Shown here: positions 36,494 to 49,197 of the stretch, piece by piece
How positions within the stretch are numbered: position 1 is the first letter of the stretch
Layout: the number at the start of each line of letters is the position of its first letter
Assembly (NCBI GenBank): GCA_964016885.1
Contig: OZ024744.1
Location: 130,944,001 to 131,008,000, forward strand
Reading direction: 5' to 3'
From: Eledone cirrhosa
Lineage: Eukaryota
DNA length: 64,000 nucleotides
Position numbers and translations under genes: made by a program
The notes under the pieces: model-generated
Told to the model about the DNA's origin: nothing
Database searches by the model: none
The model's input: the letters and a program-made list of their open reading frames with translations, nothing else

Positions 36494-38564
36494 GTCGGGG
36501 TTAAGTTAAGTTGGCGTTAAGTTAAGTTAGGCTTAACTTAAGTTGGGGTTCAGTTAAGTTGGGGGTAAGTTAAGTTGGGGGTAAGTTAAGTTGGGGTTAA
36601 GTTAAGTTGCGTTTAAGTTGGGGTTAAGTTAAGTTAGGGTTAAGTTAAGTTGGGGTTAATTTAAATTGGGGTTAAGTTAACTTTGTGGTTAAGTTAAGTT
36701 GGGGTTAAGTTAAGTTGGGGTTAAGTTGGGGTTAATTTAAGTTGGGGCTAAGTTAATTTGTGGTTAAGTTAAGTTGGGGTTAAGTTAAGTTGGGGTTAAG
36801 TTAAGTTGGGGTTGAGTTAAGTTGGGGTTGAGTTAATTAGGGGTTAAATTAAGTTGGGGTTAAGTTAAGTTGGGGGTAAGTTAAGTTGGGGCTAAGTTAA
36901 GTTGGGGTTAAATTAAGTTGGGGTTACGTTAAGTTGGTGTTAAGTTAAGTTGGGGTTAATTTAAGTTGGGGTTAATTAAGTTGGGGTTAAGTTAAGTTGG
37001 GGTTAAGTTAAGTTGGGGTTTATTTAAGTTGGGGTTAAGTTAAGTTGGGGTTCAGTTAAGTTGGGGTTCAGTTAAGTTGGGGTTAATTTAAGTTGGGGTT
37101 AAGATGGGGTTAAATTAAGTTGGGGTTAAGTTAAGTTTGGGTTAAGTTAAGTTGGGGTTAAGTTAAGTTGGGGTTAAGTTAAGTCGGGGTTAAGTTAAGT
37201 CGGGGTTAAGTTAAGTTAGGGTTCAGTTAAGTTGGGGTTAAGTTAAGTTGGGGTTGAGTTAAGTTGGGGTTGAGTTAAATTGGGGTTGAGTTAAGTTGGG
37301 GTTGAGTTAAGTTGGTGTTGACTTAAGTTGGGGTTAAGTTAAGTTGGGGTTAAGTTAAGTTGCAGTTAAGTTAAGTTGAGGTTAAGTTAAGGTGCGGTTA
37401 AGTTAAGTTGGGGTTAAGTTAAGTTGGGGCTAAGTTAAGTTGGGGCTAATTTAAGTTGGGGCTAAGTTACGTTGGGGTTAGGTTAAGTTGGGGTTAAGTT
37501 AAGTCGGGGTTAAGTTAAGTTGGCGTTAAGTTAAGTTGGGGTTAATTTAAGTTGGGGTTAAGTTAAGTTGGGGTTAAGTTAAGTTGGGGTTAAGTTAAGT
37601 TGGGGTTATGTTAAGTTGGGGTTAAGTTAAGTTGGGGTTAAGTTAAGTTGGGGCTAAGTTAAGTTGGGGCTGAGTTAAGTTGGGGTTAAGTTAAGTTGGG
37701 GTTAAGTTAAGTTTGGGATAAGTTAAGTTGGGGTTAAGTTAAGTTGGGGTTTATTTAAGTTGGGGTTAATTTAAGTCGGGGTTAAGTTAAGTCGGGGTTC
37801 AGTTAATATAGGGTTAAGTTAAGTTGGGGTTAAGTTAAGTTGGGGTTGTGTTAAGTTGGGGTTGAGTTAAATTGGGGTTGAGTTAAGTTGGGGTTGAGTT
37901 AAGTTGGTGTTCAGTTAAGTTGGGGTTAAGTTAAGTTGGGGTTAATTTAAGTTGCAGTTAAGTTAAGTTGAGGTTAAGTTAAGGTGCGGTTAAGTTAAGT
38001 TGGGGTTAAGTTAAGTTGGGGCTAAGTTAAGTTGGGGCTAAGTTAAGTTGGGGCTAAGTTAAGTTGGGGTTAAGTTAAGTTGGGGTTAAGTTAAGTCGGG
38101 GTTAAGTTAAGTTGGGGTTAAGTTAAGTTGGGGTTAATTTAAGTTGGGGTTATGTTAAGTTGGGGTTAAGTTAAGTTGGGGTTAAGTTAAGTTGGGGCTA
38201 AGTTAAGTTGGGGCTGAGTTAAGTTGGGGTTAAGTTAAGTTGGGGTTAAGTTAAGTTGGGGATAAGTTAAGTTGGGGTTAAGTTAAGTTGGGGTTTATTT
38301 AAGTTGGGGTTAATTTAAGTTGGGGTTCAGTTAAGTTGGGGTTAAGTTAAGTTGGGGTTAAGTTAAGTTGGGGTTAAGTTAAGTTGGGGTTAAGTTAAGT
38401 TGGGTTTAAGTTAAGTTGGGGTTAAGTTAAGTTGGGGTCAAGTTAAGTTGGGGTTAAGTTAAGTTGGTTAGTTAATTTGAGTTTAAGTTAAGTTGGGGTT
38501 AATTTTTGTTGGGGTTAAGTTAAGTTGGGGTTAAGTTAAGTTGGGGTTAAGTTAAGTTGGGGTT

Positions 38565-38765
38565 AACCCCAACTTAACTTAACCCCAACTTCACTCAACC
38601 CCAACGTAACTCAACCCCAACTTAACTTAACCCCAACTTCACTCAACCCCAACTTAACTTAACCCCAACTTCACTCAACCCCAACTTAAGTCAACCCCAA
38701 CTTAACTTAACCCCAACTTGACTTAACCCCAACTTAACTTAGCACCAACTTAACTTAAGCCCAAA
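38565..38765 (-). repeat. Inverted cassette 23 (type G duplicate, 201 bp)
   Basis: Same as cassette 22, 2,272 bp downstream. Confidence 0.95.
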
Positions 38766-40535
38766 GTCGGGGTTAAGTTAAGTTGGCGTTAAGTTAAGTT
38801 AGGCTTAACTTAAGTTGGGGTTCAGTTAAGTTGGGGGTAAGTTAAGTTGGGGGTAAGTTAAGTTGGGGTTAAGTTAAGTTGCGTTTAAGTTGGGGTTAAG
38901 TTAAGTTAGGGTTAAGTTAAGTTGGGGTTAATTTAAATTGGGGTTAAGTTAACTTTGTGGTTAAGTTAAGTTGGGGTTAAGTTAAGTTGGGGTTAAGTTG
39001 GGGTTAATTTAAGTTGGGGCTAAGTTAATTTGTGGTTAAGTTAAGTTGGGGTTAAGTTAAGTTGGGGTTAAGTTAAGTTGGGGTTGAGTTAAGTTGGGGT
39101 TGAGTTAATTAGGGGTTAAATTAAGTTGGGGTTAAGTTAAGTTGGGGGTAAGTTAAGTTGGGGCTAAGTTAAGTTGGGGTTAAATTAAGTTGGGGTTACG
39201 TTAAGTTGGTGTTAAGTTAAGTTGGGGTTAATTTAAGTTGGGGTTAATTAAGTTGGGGTTAAGTTAAGTTGGGGTTAAGTTAAGTTGGGGTTTATTTAAG
39301 TTGGGGTTAAGTTAAGTTGGGGTTCAGTTAAGTTGGGGTTCAGTTAAGTTGGGGTTAATTTAAGTTGGGGTTAAGATGGGGTTAAATTAAGTTGGGGTTA
39401 AGTTAAGTTTGGGTTAAGTTAAGTTGGGGTTAAGTTAAGTTGGGGTTAAGTTAAGTCGGGGTTAAGTTAAGTCGGGGTTAAGTTAAGTTAGGGTTCAGTT
39501 AAGTTGGGGTTAAGTTAAGTTGGGGTTGAGTTAAGTTGGGGTTGAGTTAAATTGGGGTTGAGTTAAGTTGGGGTTGAGTTAAGTTGGTGTTGACTTAAGT
39601 TGGGGTTAAGTTAAGTTGGGGTTAAGTTAAGTTGCAGTTAAGTTAAGTTGAGGTTAAGTTAAGGTGCGGTTAAGTTAAGTTGGGGTTAAGTTAAGTTGGG
39701 GCTAAGTTAAGTTGGGGCTAATTTAAGTTGGGGCTAAGTTACGTTGGGGTTAGGTTAAGTTGGGGTTAAGTTAAGTCGGGGTTAAGTTAAGTTGGCGTTA
39801 AGTTAAGTTGGGGTTAATTTAAGTTGGGGTTAAGTTAAGTTGGGGTTAAGTTAAGTTGGGGTTAAGTTAAGTTGGGGTTATGTTAAGTTGGGGTTAAGTT
39901 AAGTTGGGGTTAAGTTAAGTTGGGGCTAAGTTAAGTTGGGGCTGAGTTAAGTTGGGGTTAAGTTAAGTTGGGGTTAAGTTAAGTTTGGGATAAGTTAAGT
40001 TGGGGTTAAGTTAAGTTGGGGTTTATTTAAGTTGGGGTTAATTTAAGTCGGGGTTAAGTTAAGTCGGGGTTCAGTTAATATAGGGTTAAGTTAAGTTGGG
40101 GTTAAGTTAAGTTGGGGTTGTGTTAAGTTGGGGTTGAGTTAAATTGGGGTTGAGTTAAGTTGGGGTTGAGTTAAGTTGGTGTTCAGTTAAGTTGGGGTTA
40201 AGTTAAGTTGGGGTTAATTTAAGTTGCAGTTAAGTTAAGTTGAGGTTAAGTTAAGGTGCGGTTAAGTTAAGTTGGGGTTAAGTTAAGTTGGGGCTAAGTT
40301 AAGTTGGGGCTAAGTTAAGTTGGGGCTAAGTTAAGTTGGGGTTAAGTTAAGTTGGGGTTAAGTTAAGTCGGGGTTAAGTTAAGTTGGGGTTAAGTTAAGT
40401 TGGGGTTAATTTAAGTTGGGGTTAAGTTAAGTTGGGGTTAAGTTAAGTTGGGGTTAAGTTAAGTTGGGTTTAAGTTAAGTTGGGGTTAAGTTAAGTTGGG
40501 GTTAAGTTAAGTTGGGGTTAAGTTAAGTTGGGGTT

Positions 40536-40663
40536 AACCCCAACTTAACTTAACCCCAACTTCACTCAACCCCAACTTAACTTAACCCCAACTTCACTCA
40601 ACCCCAACTTCCAACTTGACTTAACCCCAACTTAACTTAGCCCCAACTTAACTTAAGCCCAAA
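40536..40663 (-). repeat. Inverted cassette 24 (type A, 128 bp)
   Basis: As cassettes 8 and 16. Confidence 0.95.
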
Positions 40664-42664
40664 GTCGGGGTTAAGTTAAGTTTGCGTTAAGTTAAGTTAG
40701 GCTTAACTTAAGTTGGGGTTCAGTTAAGTTGGGGGTAAGTTAAGTTGGGGTTAAGTTAAGTTGCGGTTAAGTTGGGGTTAAGTTAAGTTAGGGTTAAGTT
40801 AATTTGGGGTTGAGTTAAGTTGGGGTTAATTAAGTGGTGGTTATGTTAAGTTGGGGTTAAGTTAAGTTGGGGTTAATTTAAATTGGGGTTAAGTTAACTT
40901 TGTGGTTAAGTTAAGTTGGGGTTAAGTTAAGTGGGGGTAAAGTTGGGGTTGAGTTAAGTTGGGGTTGAGTGAAGTTGGGGTTAAGTTAAGTTGGGGTTAA
41001 GTTAAGTTGGGGTTAAGATAAGTCGGGGTTAAGTTAAGTTGTGGTTGAGTTAAGTTGGGGTTAATTTAAGTTGGGGCTAAGTTAATTTGTGGTTAAGTTA
41101 AGTTGGGGTTAAGTTAAGTTGGGGTTAAGTTAAGTTGGGGTTGAGTTAAGTTGGGGTTGAGTTAATTTGGGGTTAAGTTAAGTTGGGGTTAAGTTAAGTT
41201 GGGTTTAAGTTAAGTTGGGGTTAAATTAAGTTGGGGTTAAATTAAGTTGGGGTTGAGTTAAGTTGGGGGTAAGTTAAGTTGGGGGCAAGTTAAGTTGGGG
41301 TTAATTTAAGTTGGGGTTAAATTAAGTTGGGGTTACGTTAAGTTGGTGTTAAGTTAAGTTGGGGTTAATTTAAGTTGGGGTTAATTAAGTTGGGGTTAAG
41401 TTAAGTTGGGGTTAAGTTAAGTTGGGGTTAAGTTAAGTTGGTGTTAAGTTAAGTTGGGGCTAAGTTAAGTTGGGGCTGAGTTAAGTTGGGGCTGAGTTAA
41501 GTTGGGGCTAAGTTAAGTTGGGGTTGAGTTATGTTGGGGTTAAGTTAAGTTGGGGTCAAGTTAAGTTGGGGTTAAGTTGGGGTTAAGTTAAGTTAGGTTT
41601 AAGTTAAGTTGGGGTTAAGTTAAGTTGGGGTTAAGTTAAGTTGGGGTTAAGTTAAGTTAGGTTTAAGTTAAGTTGGGGTTAAGTTAAGTTGGGGTTAAGT
41701 TAAGTTGGGGTTAAGTTAAGTTGGGGTTAAGTTAAGTTGAGGTTAAGTTAAGTTGGGGTTAAATTAAGTTGGGGTTAAGTTAAGTTGGGGTTAAGTTAAG
41801 TTGGGGATAAGTTAAGTTGGGGATAATTTAAGTTGGGGTTAAGTTAAGTTGGGTTTAAGTTAAGTTGGGGTTAAGTTAAGTTGGGGTTAAGTTAAGTTGG
41901 GGTTAAGTTAAGTTGGGGTTAAGTTAAGTTGGGGTTCAGTTAAGTTGGGGTTCAGTTAAGTTGGGGTTAAGTTAAGTTGGGGTTAAGATGGGGCTAAATT
42001 AAGTTGGGGTTAAGTTAAGTTGGGGTTAAGTTAAGTTGGGGTTAAGCTAAGTTGGGGTTAAGTTAAGTCGGGGTTAAGTTAAGTCGGGGTTAAGTTAAGT
42101 TAGGGTTCAGTTAAGTTGGGGTTAAGTTAAGTTGGGGTTGAGTTAAGTTGGGGTTGAGTTAAATTGGGGTTAAGTTAAGTTGGGGTTGAGTTAAGTTGGT
42201 GTTGTGTTAAGTTGGGGTTAAGTTAAGTTGGGGTTAAGTTAAGTTGCAGTTAAGTTAAGTTGAGGTTAAGTTAAGGTGCGGTTAAGTTAAGTTGGGGTTA
42301 AGTTAAGTTGGGGCTAAGTTAAGTTGGGGCTAAGTTAAGTTGGGGCTAAGTTAAGTTGGGGTTAAGTTAAGTCGGGGTTAAGTTAAGTTGGGGTTAAGTT
42401 AAGTTGGGGTTAATTTAAGTTGGGGTTAAGTTAAGTTGGGGTTAAGTTAAGTTGGGGTTAAGTTAAGTTGGGGTTAAGTTAAGTTGGGTTTAAGTTAAGT
42501 TGGGGTTAAGTTAAGTTGGGGTCAAGTTAAGTTGGGGTTAAGTTAAGTTGGTTAGTTAAGTCGAGTTTAAGTTAAGTTGGGGTTAATTTAAGTTGGGGTT
42601 AAGTTAAGTTGGGGTTAAGTTAAGTTGGGGTTAAGTTAAGTTGGGGTTAAGTTAAGTTGGGGTT

Positions 42665-42865
42665 AACCCCAACTTAACTTAACCCCAACTTCACTCAACC
42701 CCAACGTAACTCAACCCCAACTTAACTTAACCCCAACTTCACTCAACCCCAACTTAACTTAACCCCAACTTCACTCAACCCCAACTTAAGTCAACCCCAA
42801 CTTAACTTAACCCCAACTTGACTTAACCCCAACTTAAATTAGCCCCAACTTAACTTAAGCCCAAA
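42665..42865 (-). repeat. Inverted cassette 25 (type B, 201 bp)
   Basis: As cassette 17, downstream GGCAGTAAG. Confidence 0.95.
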
Positions 42866-44500
42866 GTCGGGGTTAAGTTAAGTTGGCGTTATGTTAAGTC
42901 AGGCTTAACTTAAGTTGGGGTTCAGTTAAGTTGGCAGTAAGTTAAGTTGGGGGTAAGTTAAGTTGGGGTTAAATTAAGTTGCGGTTAAGTTGGGGTTAAG
43001 TTAAGTTAGGGTTAAGTTAAGTTGGGGTTGAGTTAAGTTGGGGTTAATTAAGTGGTGGTTATGTTAAGTTGGGGTTAATTTAAATTGGGGTTAAGTTAAC
43101 TTTGTGGTTAAGTTCAGTTGGGGTTAAGTTAAGTTGGGGTTAAGTTGGGGTTGAGTTAAGTTGGGGTTGAGTGAAGTTGGGGTTAAGTTAAGTTGGGGTA
43201 AAGTTAAGTTGGGGTTAAGTTAAGTCGGGGTTGAGTTAAGTTGTGGTTGAGTTAAGTTGGGGTTAATTTAAGTTGGGGCTAAGTTAATTTGTGGTTAAGT
43301 TAAGTTGGGGTTAAGTTAAGTTGGGTTTAAGTTAAGTTGGGGTTAAATTAAGTTGGGGTTAAATTAAGTTGGGGTTAAGTTAAGTTGGGGGTAAGTTAAG
43401 TTGGGGGCAAGTTAAGTTGGGGCTAAGTTAAGTTGGGGTTAAATTAAGTTGGGGTTACGTTAAGTTGGTGTTAAGTTAAGTTGGGGTTAATTTAAGTTGG
43501 GGTTAATTAAGTTGGGGTTAATTTAAGTTGGGGTTAAGTTAAGTTGGGGTTAATTTAAGTTGGGGTTGAGTTAAGTTGGGGTTAATTTAAGTTGGGGTTA
43601 TATTAAGTTGGGGTTAAGTTAAGTTGGGGTTAATTTAAGTTGGGGTTAAGTTAAGTTGGGGTTTATTTAAGTTGGGGTTAAGTTAAGTTGGGGTTCAGTT
43701 AAGTTGGGGTTCAGTTAAGTTGGGGTTAAGTTAAGTTGGGGTTAAGATGGGGTTAAATTAAGTTGGGGTTAAGTTAAGTTGGGGTCAAGTTAAGTTGGGG
43801 TTAAGTTAAGTTGGGGTTAAGTTAAGTCGGGGTTAAGTTAAGTCGGGGTTAAGTTAAGTTAGGGTTCAGTTAAGTTGGGGTTAAGTTAAGTTGGGGTTGA
43901 GTTAAGTTGGGGTTGAGTTAAATTGGGGTTGAGTTAAGTTGGGGTTGAGTTAAGTTGGTGTTGAGTTAAGTTGGGGTTAAGTTAAGTTGGGGTTAAGTTA
44001 AGTTGCAGTTAAGTTAAGTTGAGGTTAAGTTAAGGTGCGGTTAAGTTAAGTTGGGGTTAAGTTAAGTTGGGGCTAAGTTAAGTTGGGGCTAAGTTAAGTT
44101 GGGGTTAAGTTAAGTTGGGGTTAAGTTAAGTTGGGGTTAAGTTAAGTTGGGGTTAAGTTAAGTTGGGGTTAAGTTAAGTTGGGTTTAAGTTAAGTTGGGG
44201 TTAAGTCAAGTTGGGGTTAAGTTAAGTTGGGGTTAAGTTTAGTTGGTTAGTTAAGTTGAGTTTAAGTTAAGTTGGGGTTAATTTAAGTTGGAGTTAAGTT
44301 AATATGGGGTTAAGTTAAGTTGGGGTTAAGTTAAGTTGGGTTTAAGTTAAGTTGGGGTTAAGTTAAGTTGGGGTCAAGTTAAGTTGGGGTTAAGTTAAGT
44401 TGGTTAGTTAAGTCGAGTTTAAGTTAAGTTGGGGTTAATTTAAGTTGGGGTTAAGTTAAGTTGGGGTTAAGTTAAGTTGGGGTTAAGTTAAGTTGGGGTT

Positions 44501-44653
44501 AACCCCAACTTAACTTAACCCCAACTTCACTCAACCCCAACGTAACTCAACCCCAACTTAACTTAACCCCAACTTCACTCAACCCCAACTTAACTTAACC
44601 CCAACTTCACTCAACCCCAACTTATGTCAACCCCAACTTAACTTAAGCCCAAA
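44501..44653 (-). repeat. Inverted cassette 26 (type C, 153 bp)
   Basis: Marker CTTATGTC. Confidence 0.95.
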
Positions 44654-46099
44654 GTCGGGGTTAAGTTAAGTTGGCGTTATGTTAAGTCAGGCTTAACTTA
44701 AGTTGGGGTTCAGTTAAGTTGGGGGTAAGTTAAGTTGGGGGTAAGTTAAGTTGGGGTTAAGTTAAGTTGCGGTTAGGTTGGGGTTAAGTTAAGTTAGGGT
44801 TAAGTTAAGTTGGGGTTGAGTTAAGTTGGGGTTAATTAAGTGGTGGTTATGTTAAGTTGGGGTTAATTTAAATTGGGGTTAAGTTAACATTGTGGTTAAG
44901 TTAAGTTGGGGTTAAGTTAAGTTGGGGTTAAGTTGGGGTTGAGTTAAGTTGGGGTTGAGTGAAGTTGGGGTTAAGTTAAGTTGGGGTAAAGTTAAGTTGG
45001 GGTTAAGTTAAGTCGGGGTTAAGTTAAGTTGTGGTTGAGTTAAGTTGGGGTTAATTTAAGTTGGGGCTAAGTTAATTTGTGGTTAAGTTAAGTTGGGGTT
45101 AAGTTAAGTTGGGGTTGAGTTAAGTTGGGGTTGAGTTAATTTGGGGTTAAGTTAAGTTGGGGTTAAGTTAAGTTGGGTTTAAGTTAAGTTGGGGTTAAAT
45201 TAAGTTGGGGTTAAATTAAGTTGGGGTTAAGTTAAGTTGGGGGTAAGTTAAGTTGGGGGCAAGTTAAGTTGGGGCTAAGTTAAGTTGGGGTTAAATTAAG
45301 TTGGGGTTACGTTAAGTTGGTGTTAAGTTAAGTTGGGGTTAATTTAAGTTGGGGTTAATTAAGTTGGGGTTAATTTAAGTTGGGGTTAAGTTAAGTTGGG
45401 GTTAATTTAAGTTGGGGTTGAGTTAAGTTGGGGTTAAGTTAAGTTGGGGTTATATTAAGTTGGGGTTAAGTTAAGTTGGGGTTAAGTTAAGTTGGGGTTA
45501 AGTTAAGTTGGGGTTTATTTAAGTTGGGGTTAAGTTAAGTTGGGGTTCAGTTAAGTTGGGGTTCAGTTAAGTTGGGGTTAAGTTAAGTTGGGGTTAAGAT
45601 GGGGTTCAATTAAGTTGGGGTTAAGTTAAGTTGGGGTCAAGTTAAGTTGGGGTTAAGTTAAGTTGGGGTTAAGTTAAGTCGGGGTTAAGTTAAGTCGGGT
45701 TTAAGTTAAGTTAGGGTTCAGTTAAGTTGGGGTTAAGTTAAGTTGGGGTTGAGTTAAGTTGGGGTTGAGTTAAATTGGGGTTGAGTTAAGTTGGGGTTGA
45801 GTTAAGTTGGTGTTGAGTTAAGTTGGGGTTAAGTTAAGTTGGGGTTAAGTTAAGTTGGGGTTAATTTAAGTTGGGGTTAATTTAAGTTGGGGTTAATTTA
45901 AGTTGGGGTTAAGTTAAGTTGGGGTTAAGTTAAGTTGGGGTTAAGTTAAGTTGGGTTTAAGTTAAGTTGGGGTTAAGTTAAGTTGGGGTCAAGTTAAGTT
46001 GGGGTTAAGTTAAGTTGGTTAGTTAAGTCGAGTTTAAGTTAAGTTGGGGTTAATTTAAGTTGGGGTTAAGTTAAGTTGGGGTTAAGTTAAGTTGGGGTT

Positions 46100-46300
46100 A
46101 ACCCCAACTTAACTTAACCCCAACTTCACTCAACCCCAACTTCACTCAACCCCAACTTAACTTAACCCCAACTTCACTCAACCCCAACTTAACTTAACCC
46201 CAACTTCACTCAACCCCAACTTAAGTCAACCCCAACTTAACTTAACCCCAACTTGACTTAACCCCAACTTAAATTAGCCCCAACTTAACTTAAGCCCAAA
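46100..46300 (-). repeat. Inverted cassette 27 (type D, 201 bp)
   Basis: As cassette 11. Confidence 0.95.
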
Positions 46301-47511
46301 GTCGGGGTTAAGTTAAGTTGGCGTTATGTTAAGTCAGGCTTAACTTAAGTTGGGGTTCAGTTAAGTTGGGGGTAAGTTAAGTTGGGGGTAAGTTAAGTTG
46401 GGGTTAAGTTAAGTTGCGGTTAAGTTGGGGTTAAGTTAAGTTAGGGTTAAGTTAAGTTGGGGTTGAGTTAAGTTGGGGTTAATTAAGTGGTGGTTATGTT
46501 AAGTTGGGGTTAATTTAAATTGGGGTTAAGTTAACATTGTGGTTAAGTTAAGTTGGGGTTAAGTTAAGTTGGGGTTAAGTTGGGGTTGAGTTAAGTTGGG
46601 GTTGAGTGAAGTTGGGGTTAAGTTAAGTTGGGGTAAAGTTAAGTTGGGGTTAAGTTAAGTCGGGGTTAAGTTAAGTTGTGGTTGAGTTAAGTTGGGGTAA
46701 AGTTAAGTTGGGGTTAAGTTAAGTTGGGGTTAAGTTAAGTTGGGGTTGAGTTAAGTTGGGGTTGAGTTAATTTGGGGTTAAGTTAAGTTGGGGTTAAGTT
46801 AAGTTGGGTTTAAGTTAAGTTGGGGTTAAATTAAGTTGGGGTTAAATTAAGTTGGGGTTAAGTTAAGTTGGGGGTAAGTTAAGTTGGGGGCAAGTTAAGT
46901 TGGGGCTAAGTTAAGTTGGGGTTAATTTAAGTTGGGGTTAATTAAGTTGGGGTTAATTTAAGTTGGGGTTAAGTTAAGTTGGGGTTAATTTAAGTTGGGG
47001 TTGAGTTAAGTTGGGGTTAAGTTAAGTTGGGGTTATATTAAGTTGGGGTTAGGTTAAGTTGGGGTTAAGTTAAGTTGGGGTTAAGTTAAGTTGGGGTTTA
47101 TTTAAGTTGGGGTTAAGTTAAGTTGGGCTTAATTTAAGTTGGGGTTGAGTTAAGTTGGTGTTGAGTTAAGTTGCGGTTATGTTAAGTTGGGGTTAAGTTA
47201 AGTTGGGGTTAAGTTAAGTTGGGGCTGAGTTAAGTTGGGGCTGAGTTAAGTTGGGGTTAAGTTAAGTTGGGGTTAAGTTAAGTCGGGGTTAAGTTAAGTT
47301 GGGGTTAAGTTAAGTTGGGGTTAAGTTAAGTTGGGGTTAAGTTAAGTTGGGGTTAAGTTAAGTTGGGTTTAAGTTAAGTTGGGGTTAAGTTAAGATGGGG
47401 TCAAGTTAAGTTGGGGTTAAGTTAAGTTGGTTAGTTAAGTTGAGTTTAATTTAAGTTGGGGTTAATTTATGTTGGGGTTAAGTTAAGTTGGGGTTAAGTT
47501 AAGTTGGGGTT

Positions 47512-47712
47512 AACCCCAACTTAACTTAACCCCAACTTCACTCAACCCCAACGTAACTCAACCCCAACTTAACTTAACCCCAACTTCACTCAACCCCAAC
47601 TTAACTTAACCCCAACTTCACTCAACCCCAACTTAAGTCAACCCCAACTTAACTTAACCCCAACTTGACTTAACCCCAACTTAACTTAGCACGAACTTAA
47701 CTTAAGCCCAAA
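47512..47712 (-). repeat. Inverted cassette 28 (type E, 201 bp)
   Basis: Marker TTAGCACGAAC. Confidence 0.95.
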
Positions 47713-48996
47713 GTCGGGGTTAAGTTAAGTTGGCGTTAAGTTAAGTTAGGCTTAACTTAAGTTGGGGTTCAGTTAAGTTGGGGGTAAGTTAAGTTGGGGG
47801 TAAGTTAAGTTGGGGTTAAGTTAAGTTGCGTTTAAGTTGGGGTTAAGTTAAGTTAGGGTTAAGTTAAGTTGGGATTAAGTTAAGTTGGGGATAATTTAAG
47901 TTGGGGTTAAGTTGGGGTTAATTTAACTTGGGGCTAAGTTAATTTGTGGTTAAGTTAAGTTGGGGTTAAGTTAATTTGGGGTTAAGTTAAGTTGGGGTTG
48001 AGTTAAGTTGGGGTTGAGTTAATTTGGGGTTAATTTAAGTTGGGGTTAAGTTAAGTTGGGTTTAAGTTAAGTTGGGGTTAAATTAAGTTGGGGTTAAATT
48101 AAGTTGGGGTTAAGTTAAGTTGGGGGTAAGTTAAGTTGGGGGCAAGTTAAGTTGGGGCTAAGTTAAGTTGGGGTTAAATTAAGTTGGGGTTACGTTAAGT
48201 TGGTGTTAAGTTAAGTTGGGGTTAATTTAAGTTGGGGTTAATTAAGTTGGGGTTAAGTTAAGTTGGGGTTAAGTTAAGTTGGGGTTTATTTAAGTTGGGG
48301 TTAAGTTAAGTTGGGGTTCAGTTAAGTTGGGGTTCAGTTAAGTTGGGGTTAAGTTAAGTTGGGGTTAAGATGGGGTTAAATTAAGTTGGGGTTAAGTTAA
48401 GTTGGGGTTAAGTTAAGTTGGGGTTAAGTTAAGTTGGGGTTAAGTTAAGTCGGGGTTAAGTTAAGTCGGGGTTAAGTTAAGTTAGGGTTCAGTTAAGTTG
48501 GGGTTAAGTTAAGTTGGGGTTGAGTTAAGTTGGGGTTGAGTTAAATTGGGGTTGAGTTAAGTTGGGGTTGAGTTAAGTTGGTGTTGAGTTAAGTTGCGGT
48601 TATGTTAAGTTGGGGTAAGTTAAGTTGGGGTTAAGTTAAGTTGGGGCTAAGTTAAGTTGGGGCTGAGTTAAGTTGGGGTTAAGTTAAGTTGGGGTTAAGT
48701 TAAGTCGGGGTTAAGTTAAGTTGGGGTTAAGTTAAGTTGGGGTTAAGTTAAGTTGGGGTTAATTAAGTTGGGGTTAAGTTAAGTTGGGGTTAAGTTTAGT
48801 TGGGTTTAAGTTAAGTTGGGGTTAAGTTAAGTTGGGGTCAAGTTAATTTGGGGTTAAGTTAAGTTGGTTAGTTAAGTTGAGTTTAAGTTAAGTTGGGGTT
48901 AATTTATGTTGGGGTTAAGTTAAGTTGGGGTTAAGTTAAGTTGGGGTTAAGTTAAGTTGGGGTTAAGTTAAGTTGGGGTTAAGTTAAGTTGGGGTT

Positions 48997-49197
48997 AACC
49001 CCAACTTAACTTAACCCCAACGTAACTCAACCCCAACGTAACTCAACCCCAACTTAACTTAACCCCAACTTCACTCAACCCCAACTTAACTTAACCCCAA
49101 CTTCACTCAACCCCAACTTAAGTCAACCCCAACTTAACTTAACCCCAACTTGACTTAACCCCAACTTAACTTAGCACCAACATAACTTAAGCCCAAA
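48997..49197 (-). repeat. Inverted cassette 29 (type F, 201 bp)
   Basis: Double CGTA; sub-variant CACCAACATAAC. Confidence 0.95.

Larger units (their letters stand above)
35860..40420 (+). repeat. Tandem duplication of a 2,272-bp (142 x 16) module containing cassette G
   Basis: Markers TTATG (35,879/38,151), cassette G (36,293/38,565), TTAATATAGGG and TTGTGTTAAG recur at a 2,272-bp offset; ends approximate. Confidence 0.88.
26469..40535 (+). repeat. Higher-order repeat copy II (A-B-C-D-E-F-G-G), 14,067 bp
   Basis: Cassette offsets to copy III are 14,067 (A, B, C) and 14,115 (D, E, F, G). Confidence 0.9.
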
